Virus record (IMG/VR): IMGVR_UViG_640427134_000001
Coordinates: 1-29,659 of that record
DNA length: 29,659 bases
Direction: 5' to 3' (one strand)
Source: a virus
The number at the start of each line of letters is the position of its first letter. Positions within the stretch are counted from its first letter, which is position 1. A model generated the notes under the pieces. It saw only the letters and a list, made by a program, of their open reading frames with translations. It had not been told where the DNA came from and ran no database searches. The translations under genes and the position numbers were made by a program. Of this stretch, positions 8,451-18,627 are shown piece by piece.

Positions 8451-9301
8451 TTCTTGCCTCCGTTAGATGATGCTCTTAGATTTGCTATATCGTATTTATC
8501 CCAGGCGGTTAGGGACAGCAATGTTATTTGAACCTTGATCGCGATTCTGTCACCGTTTTTATTCATCGGTGCTGTAATAGGCGCTGATAAGCTTTCAATA
8601 AACATAGGCTTGTATGTTTTACCAGCATATTGAAACTGCACAAGCGAAGGTATGGTCGATGCAAACATACCGTCAACACCTTCGCTAAGCGTACCCACCA
8701 CTAACGACGTATCTGACAATTTTCTAGGTGATGCGTATTGCTGCAATACATTTAATGCACGTTCAACTTCGGAAGCTGCATCAATCCACGCCTGAAAAAC
8801 AAGCGTCCCACTAATGCGCACCGAGCTTGAAGAAGTATAGACTTGACGGCTATTAATCTTAGTAAACGTGGATTTATCTTTTAATCCCGCCAGCTTGTCG
8901 GCAGCGTCACCGACAACGCCCTTAACCGCGCTGTCATCCGCTGTTTCTGAATCCAGGTTGAAATAACTATACATTGACGCAGGTAGTTCGCCTGATTGAA
9001 GCATCCCCATCATGGTAGGCATCCGCCCTTCTGGATTCGATGTTTCAAACGGAGTTGAATACTGGGCCTCAACTGTAAACTCACCATCTTCAAATAGCGC
9101 AGCAATAATAGTATTGCCCTCAATGGGGTTATAGGTCTGTTTGCCCTGGCCACCTTCCAAGTTATCCTCTGATACCGGTCGTATCTTGGCGATAAGTCGC
9201 TGATTTAGGCCTTTGTGCATCCAAGGCACGCCCGATCCTACTACTATGCTTTTCTTGGGCTTGCTTGCATTATCCGCCGGCTTGTTTGTATTTTTTTTCA
9301 T
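8447..9301 (-). CDS. P1 PmgG-like tail tube-fold / baseplate protein
   Basis: QYSTPF...NSRQVY...GTLVFQAW.D...EVE.AL..L...ASP...IPSLVQF...APMNKNG resembles recalled P1 PmgG. Confidence 0.6.
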   Translation of the reverse strand: MKKNTNKPADNASKPKKSIVVGSGVPWMHKGLNQRLIAKIRPVSEDNLEGGQGKQTYNPIEGNTIIAALFEDGEFTVEAQYSTPFETSNPEGRMPTMMGMLQSGELPASMYSYFNLDSETADDSAVKGVVGDAADKLAGLKDKSTFTKINSRQVYTSSSSVRISGTLVFQAWIDAASEVERALNVLQQYASPRKLSDTSLVVGTLSEGVDGMFASTIPSLVQFQYAGKTYKPMFIESLSAPITAPMNKNGDRIAIKVQITLLSLTAWDKYDIANLRASSNGGKK

Positions 9302-9303
9302 CT

Positions 9304-11115
9304 TTACTCTACCGCTTTAGTTTTCTGCAAACTCTCAATAGCTAAAGACACCAATAAGTCACGATAATGTTCAAGTGTATCTTTGAAAATCTGTACAAGA
9401 TCAGGCCTATCTGCCTCTTCAATCTTGCCAGCCAGCTCTTTTGCAAAGTCACTATCAAATTCCAGTGGGTCAAAGCTGCTTTCTGATACTTTGTCGCTAA
9501 GGTTTTTAACCTGTTCGCCAAGGTAATCAGTTTCGTTTTCTTTATTGCTTACTAGGCCTAAATCCTTACGCAACTGCATAATCTTTTTAAGCGCTTGTAG
9601 CTTTTGCAAATTACCTAATGTTTTGGCGTCTGATACGGCTGATTTAAGCTCTTTAATCTTTTTAAGTTTTTCAAGCGGTGTTAGTGTCATTGAGTCGAAC
9701 ATATCTAACCCTTTGTCGTTACCGTAAATACTTTGAACCTTATCAACTGCATAGTTAGCAGCGTCTTTGGTACTAACAGGTGGTGAGCCAAATAAATCAT
9801 CAGCGAGGCCGTGTTGAGACTCTTTTTCACAAAACTCGGCCATGGCTTTAAAAAATAATCCCATCTTTTTTGCACTACGGTTGTTTGTAGCAATAAACAC
9901 GGCTATTTCGGCCACGCCTTCTTCCAGGTCGCTAAATAGTCCTAACTGCTTAACATATTCTGCAACGTCCTGGTTGTTATCCTTGGCACTGATAACGACA
10001 TTGGTTGCGTCAATGATTGCGTTTGTAACCTGGTCATCAAGGCCCTTTTCAATGCTATCTACAATCTCGCTAGATATATCTTGGACATTGCCGCGGCTGA
10101 TTGCTTGAGCCTCAATAAACTTAGGTGCGGCCACGCTCAAGGCATTTAGTACGTTTTGTAGCTCTGGCTTTGCGTCATCGGCCATCATTTCCGTTAATCG
10201 CTCGTCATTGTAGGCCTTGCTAAAAATGGCCGCCTTCATGCGTGCTACCAGCGCTTGTGTTGGCTTACCGTCTTTTGTGGTGTACTGGGCCGCCTCTGTA
10301 TCGCCTAATTGCTTTAAGAAGGCAATAACAAAGTTATGGTTACTAGCTGCCGTTAAATCCCCGTTTTCACTTGGATTGAATAGCATGAGCATGTGGTCAT
10401 CTAGCATTTTAGCGTCCGTCTTGGCTCGCTCTGTTGCACTGTATGACAGCTTATCGTCCTGGTTGGCCTCAATAGCAAACTTAACTCGATCAACCTCGCT
10501 GGTTCTAATCCTAATCAGTATTGGCCGTTTAAATGCTTCTACGTCTTTGGGGCTAAACCCCAGGTAGTCGGCTTCATCAATGAGCCAATCCCTATAATCA
10601 TCGGCTGTGCCATTGTCATAAGCCATAGCTATTGCCATAGTTCGGCCGTTACCACTTTCCACGGCCATATCATCACCGACAATAGGCGCTCCACTATCAG
10701 CCCTGCCAGAACGCCCTAAGCTTTCAGGGTCAAGATCACGTGATACTTTTTGCACCCATGCGACTGATGAATCACGGCCACGATCACGAGGCTGTAATTC
10801 TTGCGGATATATTGGGTTCTGGCTGCCGCTTGCCGTGTGACTAGCAATGACGTTATCAATTTCAGTTACGGCTAGGATCGTTGACACCCTACTCCCCTTT
10901 GCTGTTTTAACGTTATTATTGCGTCCTTTAATAACCTTGTTTACCTGGTTGGTTTGGCTGTTTGAATTATCTGATTTAACAGATAAGCCAAGATCAGTTC
11001 TAAGCTGCATAACTCTTTTTATTTCATCAAGGCGCTTTAACCCATCAAGGTTTTTAGCGTCTGATATAGCAGCCTTGAGCTGCTTCACCAGTTCTATCTT
11101 CTGTAAAGGTGTCAT
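9304..11115 (-). CDS. ddrB: DdrB-like virion protein with ddrB-ParB domain
   Basis: VKTAKG...NPIYPQELQPRDR...DSGAPIVGDDMAVESGNGRTMAI is the DdrB ParB-like signature; directly downstream of darA. Confidence 0.88.
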   Translation of the reverse strand: MTPLQKIELVKQLKAAISDAKNLDGLKRLDEIKRVMQLRTDLGLSVKSDNSNSQTNQVNKVIKGRNNNVKTAKGSRVSTILAVTEIDNVIASHTASGSQNPIYPQELQPRDRGRDSSVAWVQKVSRDLDPESLGRSGRADSGAPIVGDDMAVESGNGRTMAIAMAYDNGTADDYRDWLIDEADYLGFSPKDVEAFKRPILIRIRTSEVDRVKFAIEANQDDKLSYSATERAKTDAKMLDDHMLMLFNPSENGDLTAASNHNFVIAFLKQLGDTEAAQYTTKDGKPTQALVARMKAAIFSKAYNDERLTEMMADDAKPELQNVLNALSVAAPKFIEAQAISRGNVQDISSEIVDSIEKGLDDQVTNAIIDATNVVISAKDNNQDVAEYVKQLGLFSDLEEGVAEIAVFIATNNRSAKKMGLFFKAMAEFCEKESQHGLADDLFGSPPVSTKDAANYAVDKVQSIYGNDKGLDMFDSMTLTPLEKLKKIKELKSAVSDAKTLGNLQKLQALKKIMQLRKDLGLVSNKENETDYLGEQVKNLSDKVSESSFDPLEFDSDFAKELAGKIEEADRPDLVQIFKDTLEHYRDLLVSLAIESLQKTKAVE

Positions 11116-11124
11116 GCCCGCCCC

Positions 11125-13848
11125 TTATAAGTCTGATGATTCTTTATCAACTGCGCTTAATACAACATCTAACGCTTGAGTAAATAGCGGGTTGTGTTCG
11201 TCTTTTTCGCCAATAACTGTCAGCCTATCAAGGTCAATATCATCGGTACTTAAAGAGCCATCGATGATTGAATTTAGGTAATCTGTATCATCTTGGCTAT
11301 AGGCTGTTTCTGTTTGCTGCATCGCATGTCCTTGTTCAATATCACTGACTTCTTGTTCATCACTTCCAATATCCTCAGGGGCATTTACTGTGGCTACATT
11401 TTGTTCATTTAAGCTCCCGATATCTTGATTCAACCAGTTATTGGCCTTTTCAATATATTCAGGTAAGTCATTGGTATATTGATAATCGACAACTTCACCA
11501 TCTTGTGACCATTCAATGGTAAAGTCATTAGGTGATTCCTTTGCCGACTCGCCATCATAGTTTTTGAACTTGCCTTCAATTTCAACTCTTCGGTTAGATA
11601 CTTCTTTAACCGCTTGGAATACGCCTAATCCGGCATGTCTTGGCTCGATAAAAGTTGTAAAACCGAAAGATTCAGCAAGTCCATTGAGCTTTTCTAAACC
11701 TTTTTCCGTCAACACTTTTCTAGCTTCCCAGCGCTCAGCATTCGCCATAGCGTCCTCGTCATTATTGGCATAACGTGCATAAGGGTTTTCAGGGGAATAG
11801 CTGCTATCTTTGATCTCATTAAATACTGACTCAAATTTAGGATACTTGTTTAAAAGTTCAGCTTTACTGTCAAACACTTTAGGCATGCCGTAACCGCTAC
11901 CACTGTCACTATAAGCTCGTGACTGAGCATTGTTAGCATATACAGCAAAACCACCATCATCTTTACCATAAACAAGCCAGTGACTATCATTTTTACTATA
12001 CATATAGATCTTGATGGCCTGGCCTGCCTCTGTATTGCCTTGATATTCATAACGCATGCCATTTGAAGCAAATTTGATATTAGGTTCAGGCAAGTCATTC
12101 GCATTGATCGCTGCCTCCTCATTAGCTTTTTTCGAGCTACTAACAAGAACATCTAAGTAAGTCTCATAGTTACTTAGGTTCACAGTTTTATAGAATCCCG
12201 ATGGCTGTATACGCAATACAACCTCATTCTCAGCTATGTTTAACCCAAGGTTTTCAAAGGCAACAGCTCGGTTATCCTTATAACCAGTTCCCACAATTTT
12301 TGAGGGTCTTATTTGCTTGTTTACCAATTTGTGTAGCTGCGATACCGACTCTTTTAGATCATCTTGTAGGCTTTGAACTGAAAAACCAGACTCTTCATTG
12401 GAGTTTATTTTTTCTTGGTACTCACCTTCTGATATAAACGACACTCCCATTGAGGTAAGTTGTGTTTTTAAACTCTCAATATTCTGTTTAAGCTTGGTTT
12501 GTGCGGCAGTATCTAAAATCCCCAAGCCTCTTTGTACGCCATCTAGCAGTCTTTTTTTGTATCTAGGCTCAATATCCAGGCTATCTATATCAATGCTGTT
12601 AACCTGAATATTCATATCTTGCGAGCTATCATCATTTGTTGTTTCTGTCGTATCTTTGTCTGCCTTGCCTTTATTCGCTTTCATAGCAGCGTCAATCTGA
12701 TCTTTTAAGCTGGCAATATCGTTATCTAGCTGCTCAATAGTTTGTTTCTTCTTCTCAATATTGCTTTGAGCTTCATTGATATCAGCGTCACGCTTAGCTT
12801 TGCGCTCTTGAGCACGTTTAAAGTTTTTACTGTTTTTGCTGGCAAGCAACATCATTTGACGTGCAAGAGTTGGAATTTTGACGTCCTGGCCGTTAATCGG
12901 TGACAAAATAGCGGTTACGTCGCGTTTGTTTAACAGCCATTTCCAGCTAACCATCATATCGCCTGCCAGCAATTTGCTAGGCGTGCTGTCAGGGTTGTGA
13001 AACCAAATAGATAGTTTTTGGCCGTCCGATAAATCAAACACAAAAGCAACGTTTACCACGCCACCGCGTTTAAATGGCTTGGTTTGAGTGACATTGGTTA
13101 CAGATAGGGTTTCATTTGAGGCCTGGCTCATTGCTCTAAATAAGCGATCTTTGAGCATTGGCAAGCGGTTAACCGTTTCCATGATTGAGTCGAACTCGGC
13201 TTCTTCTGCCTCTAAGTCAATCAACGCTTGCTGTAAGTCAAACTCTTGTGTCAGCTCTTTAAACGTGTCAGCTCGGATCATATCTGTGTATAGATTGGTT
13301 AAGCTGCCACCATGGCTTGATAGGGTTAGGTTATCCCATTGAACATCATTAAAAGCGGCTCGTGTCGCTTCTTCTTGTAGCTCTTTTGATGTGATGATTG
13401 GTAGGTAGTGCTTATCTTGTGAGGGGTTATCTAGTAGCTTAGAGATAGCATCAATTGACCATGCTTGGTCATCTGTCATGTGATCAAACTGCATACCTTC
13501 GGCATAACCTACAAGTACGCCATAATCTGCGCCCAAACAATCAAATTGAGTGGTTGCTAGTGATAATGCATGATCTTCATCTAAAGCGCCGCCAATCGCC
13601 ACTGAGTCAACGTAATGACCGCCGTTTTCAAATAAGTTCACAACGTGCCAGCTATCATCATTACTGCCAGCTTTTGCATCAAAGCCCAATCCGTCAAAAC
13701 CAGTCTCGTCAGCGATCAAGGCCAGCATATCTCGGTACTCACCTTCGATAAAGCCAGTCTCATAACGGCTGTAACGCGTCTGTTCGTTACCGTATCGATC
13801 TTCTGTTAATTGGTTGGCGTGCGCTGTGCCTGTTTTAATGTAAGACAT
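11125..13848 (-). CDS. darA: DarA (defence against restriction A)-like internal head protein
   Basis: DarA N-domain KPFKRGGVVNVAFVFDLSDGQKLSIWFHNPDSTPSKL...SWKWLLNKRDVT, a coiled coil, and a DarA C-domain-like DTDYLNSIIDG...LFTQAL. Confidence 0.88.
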   Translation of the reverse strand: MSYIKTGTAHANQLTEDRYGNEQTRYSRYETGFIEGEYRDMLALIADETGFDGLGFDAKAGSNDDSWHVVNLFENGGHYVDSVAIGGALDEDHALSLATTQFDCLGADYGVLVGYAEGMQFDHMTDDQAWSIDAISKLLDNPSQDKHYLPIITSKELQEEATRAAFNDVQWDNLTLSSHGGSLTNLYTDMIRADTFKELTQEFDLQQALIDLEAEEAEFDSIMETVNRLPMLKDRLFRAMSQASNETLSVTNVTQTKPFKRGGVVNVAFVFDLSDGQKLSIWFHNPDSTPSKLLAGDMMVSWKWLLNKRDVTAILSPINGQDVKIPTLARQMMLLASKNSKNFKRAQERKAKRDADINEAQSNIEKKKQTIEQLDNDIASLKDQIDAAMKANKGKADKDTTETTNDDSSQDMNIQVNSIDIDSLDIEPRYKKRLLDGVQRGLGILDTAAQTKLKQNIESLKTQLTSMGVSFISEGEYQEKINSNEESGFSVQSLQDDLKESVSQLHKLVNKQIRPSKIVGTGYKDNRAVAFENLGLNIAENEVVLRIQPSGFYKTVNLSNYETYLDVLVSSSKKANEEAAINANDLPEPNIKFASNGMRYEYQGNTEAGQAIKIYMYSKNDSHWLVYGKDDGGFAVYANNAQSRAYSDSGSGYGMPKVFDSKAELLNKYPKFESVFNEIKDSSYSPENPYARYANNDEDAMANAERWEARKVLTEKGLEKLNGLAESFGFTTFIEPRHAGLGVFQAVKEVSNRRVEIEGKFKNYDGESAKESPNDFTIEWSQDGEVVDYQYTNDLPEYIEKANNWLNQDIGSLNEQNVATVNAPEDIGSDEQEVSDIEQGHAMQQTETAYSQDDTDYLNSIIDGSLSTDDIDLDRLTVIGEKDEHNPLFTQALDVVLSAVDKESSDL

Positions 13849-13855
13849 GATAAAA

Positions 13856-13924
13856 AACCCTATTACGATAAAGATAATAGGGTTATTTTGTCATTAATAT
13901 AAGGCTGTGTTTTAGGGGTGTTCC
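13856..13924 (-). promoter_or_regulatory. Putative late promoter copy 4 with RBS-masking hairpin (darA operon)
   Basis: GGAACACCCC (13924-13915), 24 nt, CAAAAT (13890-13885, preceded by TGA), A at 13878; perfect 10-bp IR at 13856-13865/13875-13884. Confidence 0.78.
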
Positions 13925-13931
13925 CAGGCAG

Positions 13932-14216
13932 CTATTCGTCTATTTCCGGCGCACCGATTCGACTGATCCATACCTCGTTAACGCCCTTGTTGAAAACGTC
14001 CTCTACCGTTAGATAGTCTGGGTTGTTAATGTCACGGCCTAGCATGCCAGGGTAGCTTAAATTGGTTACCTTAAACGGCTTGTCGGTACGACCGCGCTTA
14101 AAGCGACCAATAATTAGCCCATTTTGAGTTGAGGGAACCTGGGTTGATTCCGTCTTGTCGTTTACGTCGCCTCGCTGCACGCCAACAGCGGTTGAAATAA
14201 TTTTAGTTTCAATCAT
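13932..14216 (-). CDS. 94-aa protein resembling the N-terminal domain of contractile tail sheath proteins
   Basis: GVQ...LIIGRFKRGRTDKPFKVT..SY..MLG...YLTVEDVFNKGVNEVWISRI follows the sheath N-terminal pattern; AGGA RBS. Confidence 0.7.
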   Translation of the reverse strand: MIETKIISTAVGVQRGDVNDKTESTQVPSTQNGLIIGRFKRGRTDKPFKVTNLSYPGMLGRDINNPDYLTVEDVFNKGVNEVWISRIGAPEIDE

Positions 14217-14225
14217 GATTAATCC

Positions 14226-14894
14226 TTAGCTTGAGAATGATAAAGGTCTTAGTTTTTCAAAAGTAACCGGTATTTCTACCAATTCGCTTCTGCTACTTGC
14301 TGATAATTCAATGCTTGCTGACTTAACACCAACTATCCATGATTCCTGAACAGCAATTCTTCTGGGATCATTGGGGTTTAACAATGCCACCGTTAGTTTA
14401 AACGCATAGCTTTTTGTTTCGTTCATTGTTCCATCGTTGTTAAACGCAAGCCTGCGACAAGCTTTGTATGATTTAGAGATATCTCCTTTGGCTGTTTCGA
14501 TAAAGGTGATGTCCATTTCACTGCTTGTTTGTTGGGTCAAGTAGTTCGCCTGGTAAGATCCAGCTTGATAGCTTTCAGACTCATTAGAACCTAGCGACAA
14601 TTCAGCATTGGTGGCAAGGTAGCTAAGCGTTTGATCCTTAAACCAGGGTATATCCCCTTTATGGCCAAATATGTTTTCTATTTTTACCTTGTAAACTGCC
14701 TTGATCAACGCCTTATGAGCTTTAACCCTTCCATAAATGCGGGCGTACTCTTCTAGTAGGTTTTTGCTTACAGTATTATCAACTGCGCTACCCGTTTTTT
14801 GAGCTGCATTACTGACTAAGTTGAAGGCTGTTTCTCTAAAGTCATTGCCAGCTGTAAAGTCATGGTCGATTAACTCGCTAACTAAATCCAGCAT
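14226..14894 (-). CDS. P1 Tub-like tail tube initiator / tube-fold protein
   Basis: ESYQAGS...T....EMDITFIET...AFNNDGT.NE.KSYAFKL...IPVTF resembles recalled P1 Tub; TAATG-coupled to the portal gene. Confidence 0.62.
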   Translation of the reverse strand: MLDLVSELIDHDFTAGNDFRETAFNLVSNAAQKTGSAVDNTVSKNLLEEYARIYGRVKAHKALIKAVYKVKIENIFGHKGDIPWFKDQTLSYLATNAELSLGSNESESYQAGSYQANYLTQQTSSEMDITFIETAKGDISKSYKACRRLAFNNDGTMNETKSYAFKLTVALLNPNDPRRIAVQESWIVGVKSASIELSASSRSELVEIPVTFEKLRPLSFSS

Positions 14895-16522
14895 TACTTG
14901 TCATCCCAAAACATATCATCATCCACATCATCATCTACTGGCATTTCCTCACCCGGCATCGGCTCTTCACCTGGCATGCCAGCTTCTTGGCCCATTAGCC
15001 CGCCTTGCTCATCTGCCGGTCTGGCTGATAATCCTGCTGCCACACGCTCTGCTAGATTAATATCGGCCCCAAACACATCCTCTAGCATTAATTGGTTGGT
15101 TTCCTTGTCAAAGCCTAGTTCACGAAGGCCGGCAAGCGATTGGGCCACAATAGCGAGCGTATTAGCTCTATTTTGCTTGTTATTAAGCATTTCAGTAGCG
15201 GCCGCTGATTGATCGCTATAAAAATCAAATTGCCAGGGGTAGTCTTGAGGCTCGAACCATTCGTTATACTTAATACCCCAGTGTATGCTCATTAAGTGGT
15301 TAAATGCGTCAATACAAGCTTGTCTGATTAGCATTGACCGTCTCATAACTTGCGCTGATGTATGGAAGGCTGCACCGTCACCCAGGCCACCTGCCAGCAT
15401 ATCGGCCCAGCCAATTAGTGATAGATCCATACCCAGGCCACCGGCTAAGCGCCGTAAGTTGATCATTAATATGCCTTCATTCAGTGGTGCTACGCGTTGC
15501 GCTAGATCGCCTACTGACTGAATCACTTGCTTTTCGCCATACTGCGGTAGTACGTGGTATTTTGTACCGTACAAAGCCTCACCGCCGTCAAACGCATCTT
15601 GAATTTGATCGCGGTAGCTCTTTAACATTTTAGTTAACGAGCTGATATAGCCTTGTCTTTGTTTGGCTGGCATGCCTTCCATATTAAGCGTTAAAAAAGC
15701 CTGTTTTACGCTGTCTGCAATTTGCTGGTTGTTAAGGCCAGCACGACTAATGGTTACGTCTCTCCACGCGTCCTCAATAGCATATAAGAATGAGCCGCCT
15801 ACCTCTGACGGTAGGATTGGGTTATCGGATCTTAGGTCATAAACAAGCGTTGTTCTATCCTGCCATACGTCTAAGGCCATTTGCGGTATGTTCTCAATAC
15901 GAGGCATTTTAACTCTAAGCATTTGTTCTAATGACAACTTGGCAATAGTACGCTGCTTATCTTCATCTTCTAAGGCGTGAAAGCCAATAGTGCGCCCTGC
16001 TTGCTCAAACGGCATGATTAATGAAGGCTGGGTAAAGCGGTTATTCATTAAATCAAGCACGCCTTTGCGCTCGTCTGTATAGATACGAGCATAACTATCA
16101 CCATAAGCAATAGCCTGGCGTGCCAGCGAGAATACATGACGATTGATTAGGGGTGCGATATGTTTAGCTTCACGCTCAACCTTTTTTCTAAGCTCTTTGG
16201 CTCTGCGGCCGCCTTCTCTGATGTGATCGTTTGGTGTGATAAAAATCATATCACCGGTTGACTCATGGCCGCCTAAAGCTGCGGTAACATGTAAGCTTAA
16301 CGCCTCTGAAACTTGAGGGTCTGCCTGCATGATTTCCCACATCGTATAAATCTGTCTGCGAGTACGCGGCTGCTTTGCCTTGTGATGAAAGGTGCCAAGT
16401 TCAAACGGATTGGTAGCCTCATAACTACGATCCACATCGTCAATAGTAGGTATTTTCTCTGATATTCGAGCTTGCCTATCATCAATTAAAAAGCTTGCTA
16501 GACGTTTTCTAAAATTCATCAT
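14894..16522 (-). CDS. prt: Portal protein (P1 Prt-like)
   Basis: 542 aa; R.QIY...E.M...P.VSEALSLHVTAAL, AYGDSYARIY, PSLIMPFE..G...GF and LGMDLSLIGWADMLAGGLGDG resemble the recalled P1 portal; acidic tail. Confidence 0.8.
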   Translation of the reverse strand: MMNFRKRLASFLIDDRQARISEKIPTIDDVDRSYEATNPFELGTFHHKAKQPRTRRQIYTMWEIMQADPQVSEALSLHVTAALGGHESTGDMIFITPNDHIREGGRRAKELRKKVEREAKHIAPLINRHVFSLARQAIAYGDSYARIYTDERKGVLDLMNNRFTQPSLIMPFEQAGRTIGFHALEDEDKQRTIAKLSLEQMLRVKMPRIENIPQMALDVWQDRTTLVYDLRSDNPILPSEVGGSFLYAIEDAWRDVTISRAGLNNQQIADSVKQAFLTLNMEGMPAKQRQGYISSLTKMLKSYRDQIQDAFDGGEALYGTKYHVLPQYGEKQVIQSVGDLAQRVAPLNEGILMINLRRLAGGLGMDLSLIGWADMLAGGLGDGAAFHTSAQVMRRSMLIRQACIDAFNHLMSIHWGIKYNEWFEPQDYPWQFDFYSDQSAAATEMLNNKQNRANTLAIVAQSLAGLRELGFDKETNQLMLEDVFGADINLAERVAAGLSARPADEQGGLMGQEAGMPGEEPMPGEEMPVDDDVDDDMFWDDK

Positions 16523-16530
16523 TTGTGCCC

Positions 16531-17202
16531 TTATCTTGGCCCAGAAGTTGAGCTGCTACCACTTCTAACACCGCCGTGAACGTGGCCTTTTAGTGATATA
16601 CCGCCACCAACTACGTCATTACTTGCGGACATAGTGCCTTGAGTCTTGATATTGCCTTTGGCCACCATGGTTCCATCGGCGGTAATGCCGCCACTGGCTG
16701 ATATATTACTGGCAGTAGATACATTGCCCTTAACAGACATAGTGCCAGTTGTGCTTTGGCTGCCGGTATGGTTAATCTTTGCTTTAACATTCATGTTATC
16801 GGCCGTTATAGACACTGTACTGGCATCAATGGTCACGCTTTGGGCCTGCATTTGTATCAGGTCTTTTGCTGTCAAAGTAATACGAGCTCTTGCCAGCAAT
16901 TCAATGTTTTGCTGTCTTATGCGGCGAACGTCAACTACCGCTTGGCCACCGCCATGACGACGGTAAAAAGCGATCACCGGCATTGAGGTATCGCCTTGCT
17001 CAAAAAAAACCCATACGTCGGCACCTGGTAGCAATTCACGCTCGGTATCAAGATCATCATCACCGATTGGATAAGCCAGCATAGCGGTAATACCCTCCGG
17101 CACCCCATCGGTTAACCCGGCTATTGCTACATTGGCCGTTCTATTAGCCTTGTCATAAGACACCAGCTTGGCTGGGTGAAAATATGGTGATATTACGCTC
17201 AT
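16531..17202 (-). CDS. Baseplate spike (gpV/gp5-like)
   Basis: OB-fold motif (GADVWVFFEQGDTSMPVI), Gly/Ser/Thr beta-helix repeats and the apex metal motif SLKGHVHGGV. Confidence 0.9.
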   Translation of the reverse strand: MSVISPYFHPAKLVSYDKANRTANVAIAGLTDGVPEGITAMLAYPIGDDDLDTERELLPGADVWVFFEQGDTSMPVIAFYRRHGGGQAVVDVRRIRQQNIELLARARITLTAKDLIQMQAQSVTIDASTVSITADNMNVKAKINHTGSQSTTGTMSVKGNVSTASNISASGGITADGTMVAKGNIKTQGTMSASNDVVGGGISLKGHVHGGVRSGSSSTSGPR

Positions 17203-18107
17203 TTCTCGCCCTCTAATTGTGCAAGCCAGGCTTGAGTGGCCATTATCGGCCTGCCACCTAAAGCTCCAGTATCGTAACGATGCGCTGCGGTTAAAACCAC
17301 CAGGCTATCTTGGCCATAACCGTCATCAATAGTTACCACACTACCAGCGTTCAACCTATCATCAAGCTGTCTTACCATCTTGGCCTTAGTCACTAAGATA
17401 CGACGCAAGTTTTGCAATTCCCTGGCATCTGCTCTTGGGTAATAGCCTACTTGCTTGTTGTTAAGTGGTGAACCTAAGATATCCGATCCGTTATCATCAA
17501 CTGATAAAAAGTTAGTGTTACCATGCGATAAAACATGGGGGTTATCTATCCACTGTAAAGCACTACGATCGTATATAAGCGACTCACCTTTGAACAAATC
17601 ATTAATGCGAGTAACAGATATTTCGCCGTCGCTATACATAGTTACAGCTGCTTCTTTTTGTAGCGATATTGCTATTCTTTTTGTCGGTAACTGGCCCTTT
17701 AAGCATATAAACTGATTTAACTTGATATCGCTTTTTAATCGTATCTTTGCACCCAGGACCCGATAAACCTCGTTAAAGCTTGTATCGTTTAGTGACGTGG
17801 CCCTACTAGCTACGCTTAGCAGCGGCTCGCAACCCGATAACACAGCAATAATAATTAATCCGCCCACACGCTTTCCTGCCTTAACCGCCTGCATATTTAT
17901 ATGCTGTGATTTGACGATTGTTAAGCTGATGCCGTCGCCAACTATCAGCTTATCGCCAATCTTTAATAGTTCTTTTAGCTCGTCGGTAGCTTTAACTACC
18001 ATTTCAAGAGACACGGGGACCGGTACCAAGTCAGTACGATAAATCGCACTAATAAGGTCACCGCCGCCAATAGTTGAGCCGTCCGATAAAACTATCTTCA
18101 CTTCCAC
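17199..18107 (-). CDS. Putative baseplate hub protein
   Basis: 302 aa, coupled directly upstream of the spike, with a hub-like C-terminus (LNAGSVV...VVLTAAH). Confidence 0.55.
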   Translation of the reverse strand: MEVKIVLSDGSTIGGGDLISAIYRTDLVPVPVSLEMVVKATDELKELLKIGDKLIVGDGISLTIVKSQHINMQAVKAGKRVGGLIIIAVLSGCEPLLSVASRATSLNDTSFNEVYRVLGAKIRLKSDIKLNQFICLKGQLPTKRIAISLQKEAAVTMYSDGEISVTRINDLFKGESLIYDRSALQWIDNPHVLSHGNTNFLSVDDNGSDILGSPLNNKQVGYYPRADARELQNLRRILVTKAKMVRQLDDRLNAGSVVTIDDGYGQDSLVVLTAAHRYDTGALGGRPIMATQAWLAQLEGEK

Positions 18108-18616
18108 GAACCGTTATAGTTAATTTCAATACTTTGCAGGCTATTAAACGTACTATTGCCTTGCTTAGCTTCAAGATCAGCCGTGCTATCAACGCTAAAA
18201 GGGTGTGTATTAAACGCCTCCCTTTTCATTTCTAGCATAGCTTCTCTGTGGTTTTGGTAGGCCTCACTTGAGCTCATGCCAACCGGCTGAACCCCTAAGT
18301 TTTGAGCGCCTTCCATGCGTTTAGCTTGCATAAGGTCGCACTTAGCCACAACAACAGGCCTAATAATGCTCCATTCGTCGTTGTAGATATTTGTTGTGCT
18401 ATCAAGAAGTAACGTATAGGTATCATCTTTATCATCAAGATCATACGCACGTAACGCACCGCCCCATGCCAGGTAATCACGGCAAACATCAACAATAATA
18501 CGCTCTACATCACTTTCAAGAAGTGAGTAGCCGGTCGTATATAACTCTTCATAAAATCGAGTGGCGACACTCTTAATATCGCCCTCGATGTAACTGTCTT
18601 GTCTGCTAGTAAACAT
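18098..18616 (-). CDS. Virion morphogenesis protein, possibly a head-tail adaptor
   Basis: Helical 172-aa protein tightly packed in the structural operon; function inferred from size and position only. Confidence 0.45.
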   Translation of the reverse strand: MFTSRQDSYIEGDIKSVATRFYEELYTTGYSLLESDVERIIVDVCRDYLAWGGALRAYDLDDKDDTYTLLLDSTTNIYNDEWSIIRPVVVAKCDLMQAKRMEGAQNLGVQPVGMSSSEAYQNHREAMLEMKREAFNTHPFSVDSTADLEAKQGNSTFNSLQSIEINYNGSWK

Positions 18617-18627
18617 ACAGGCTTACC

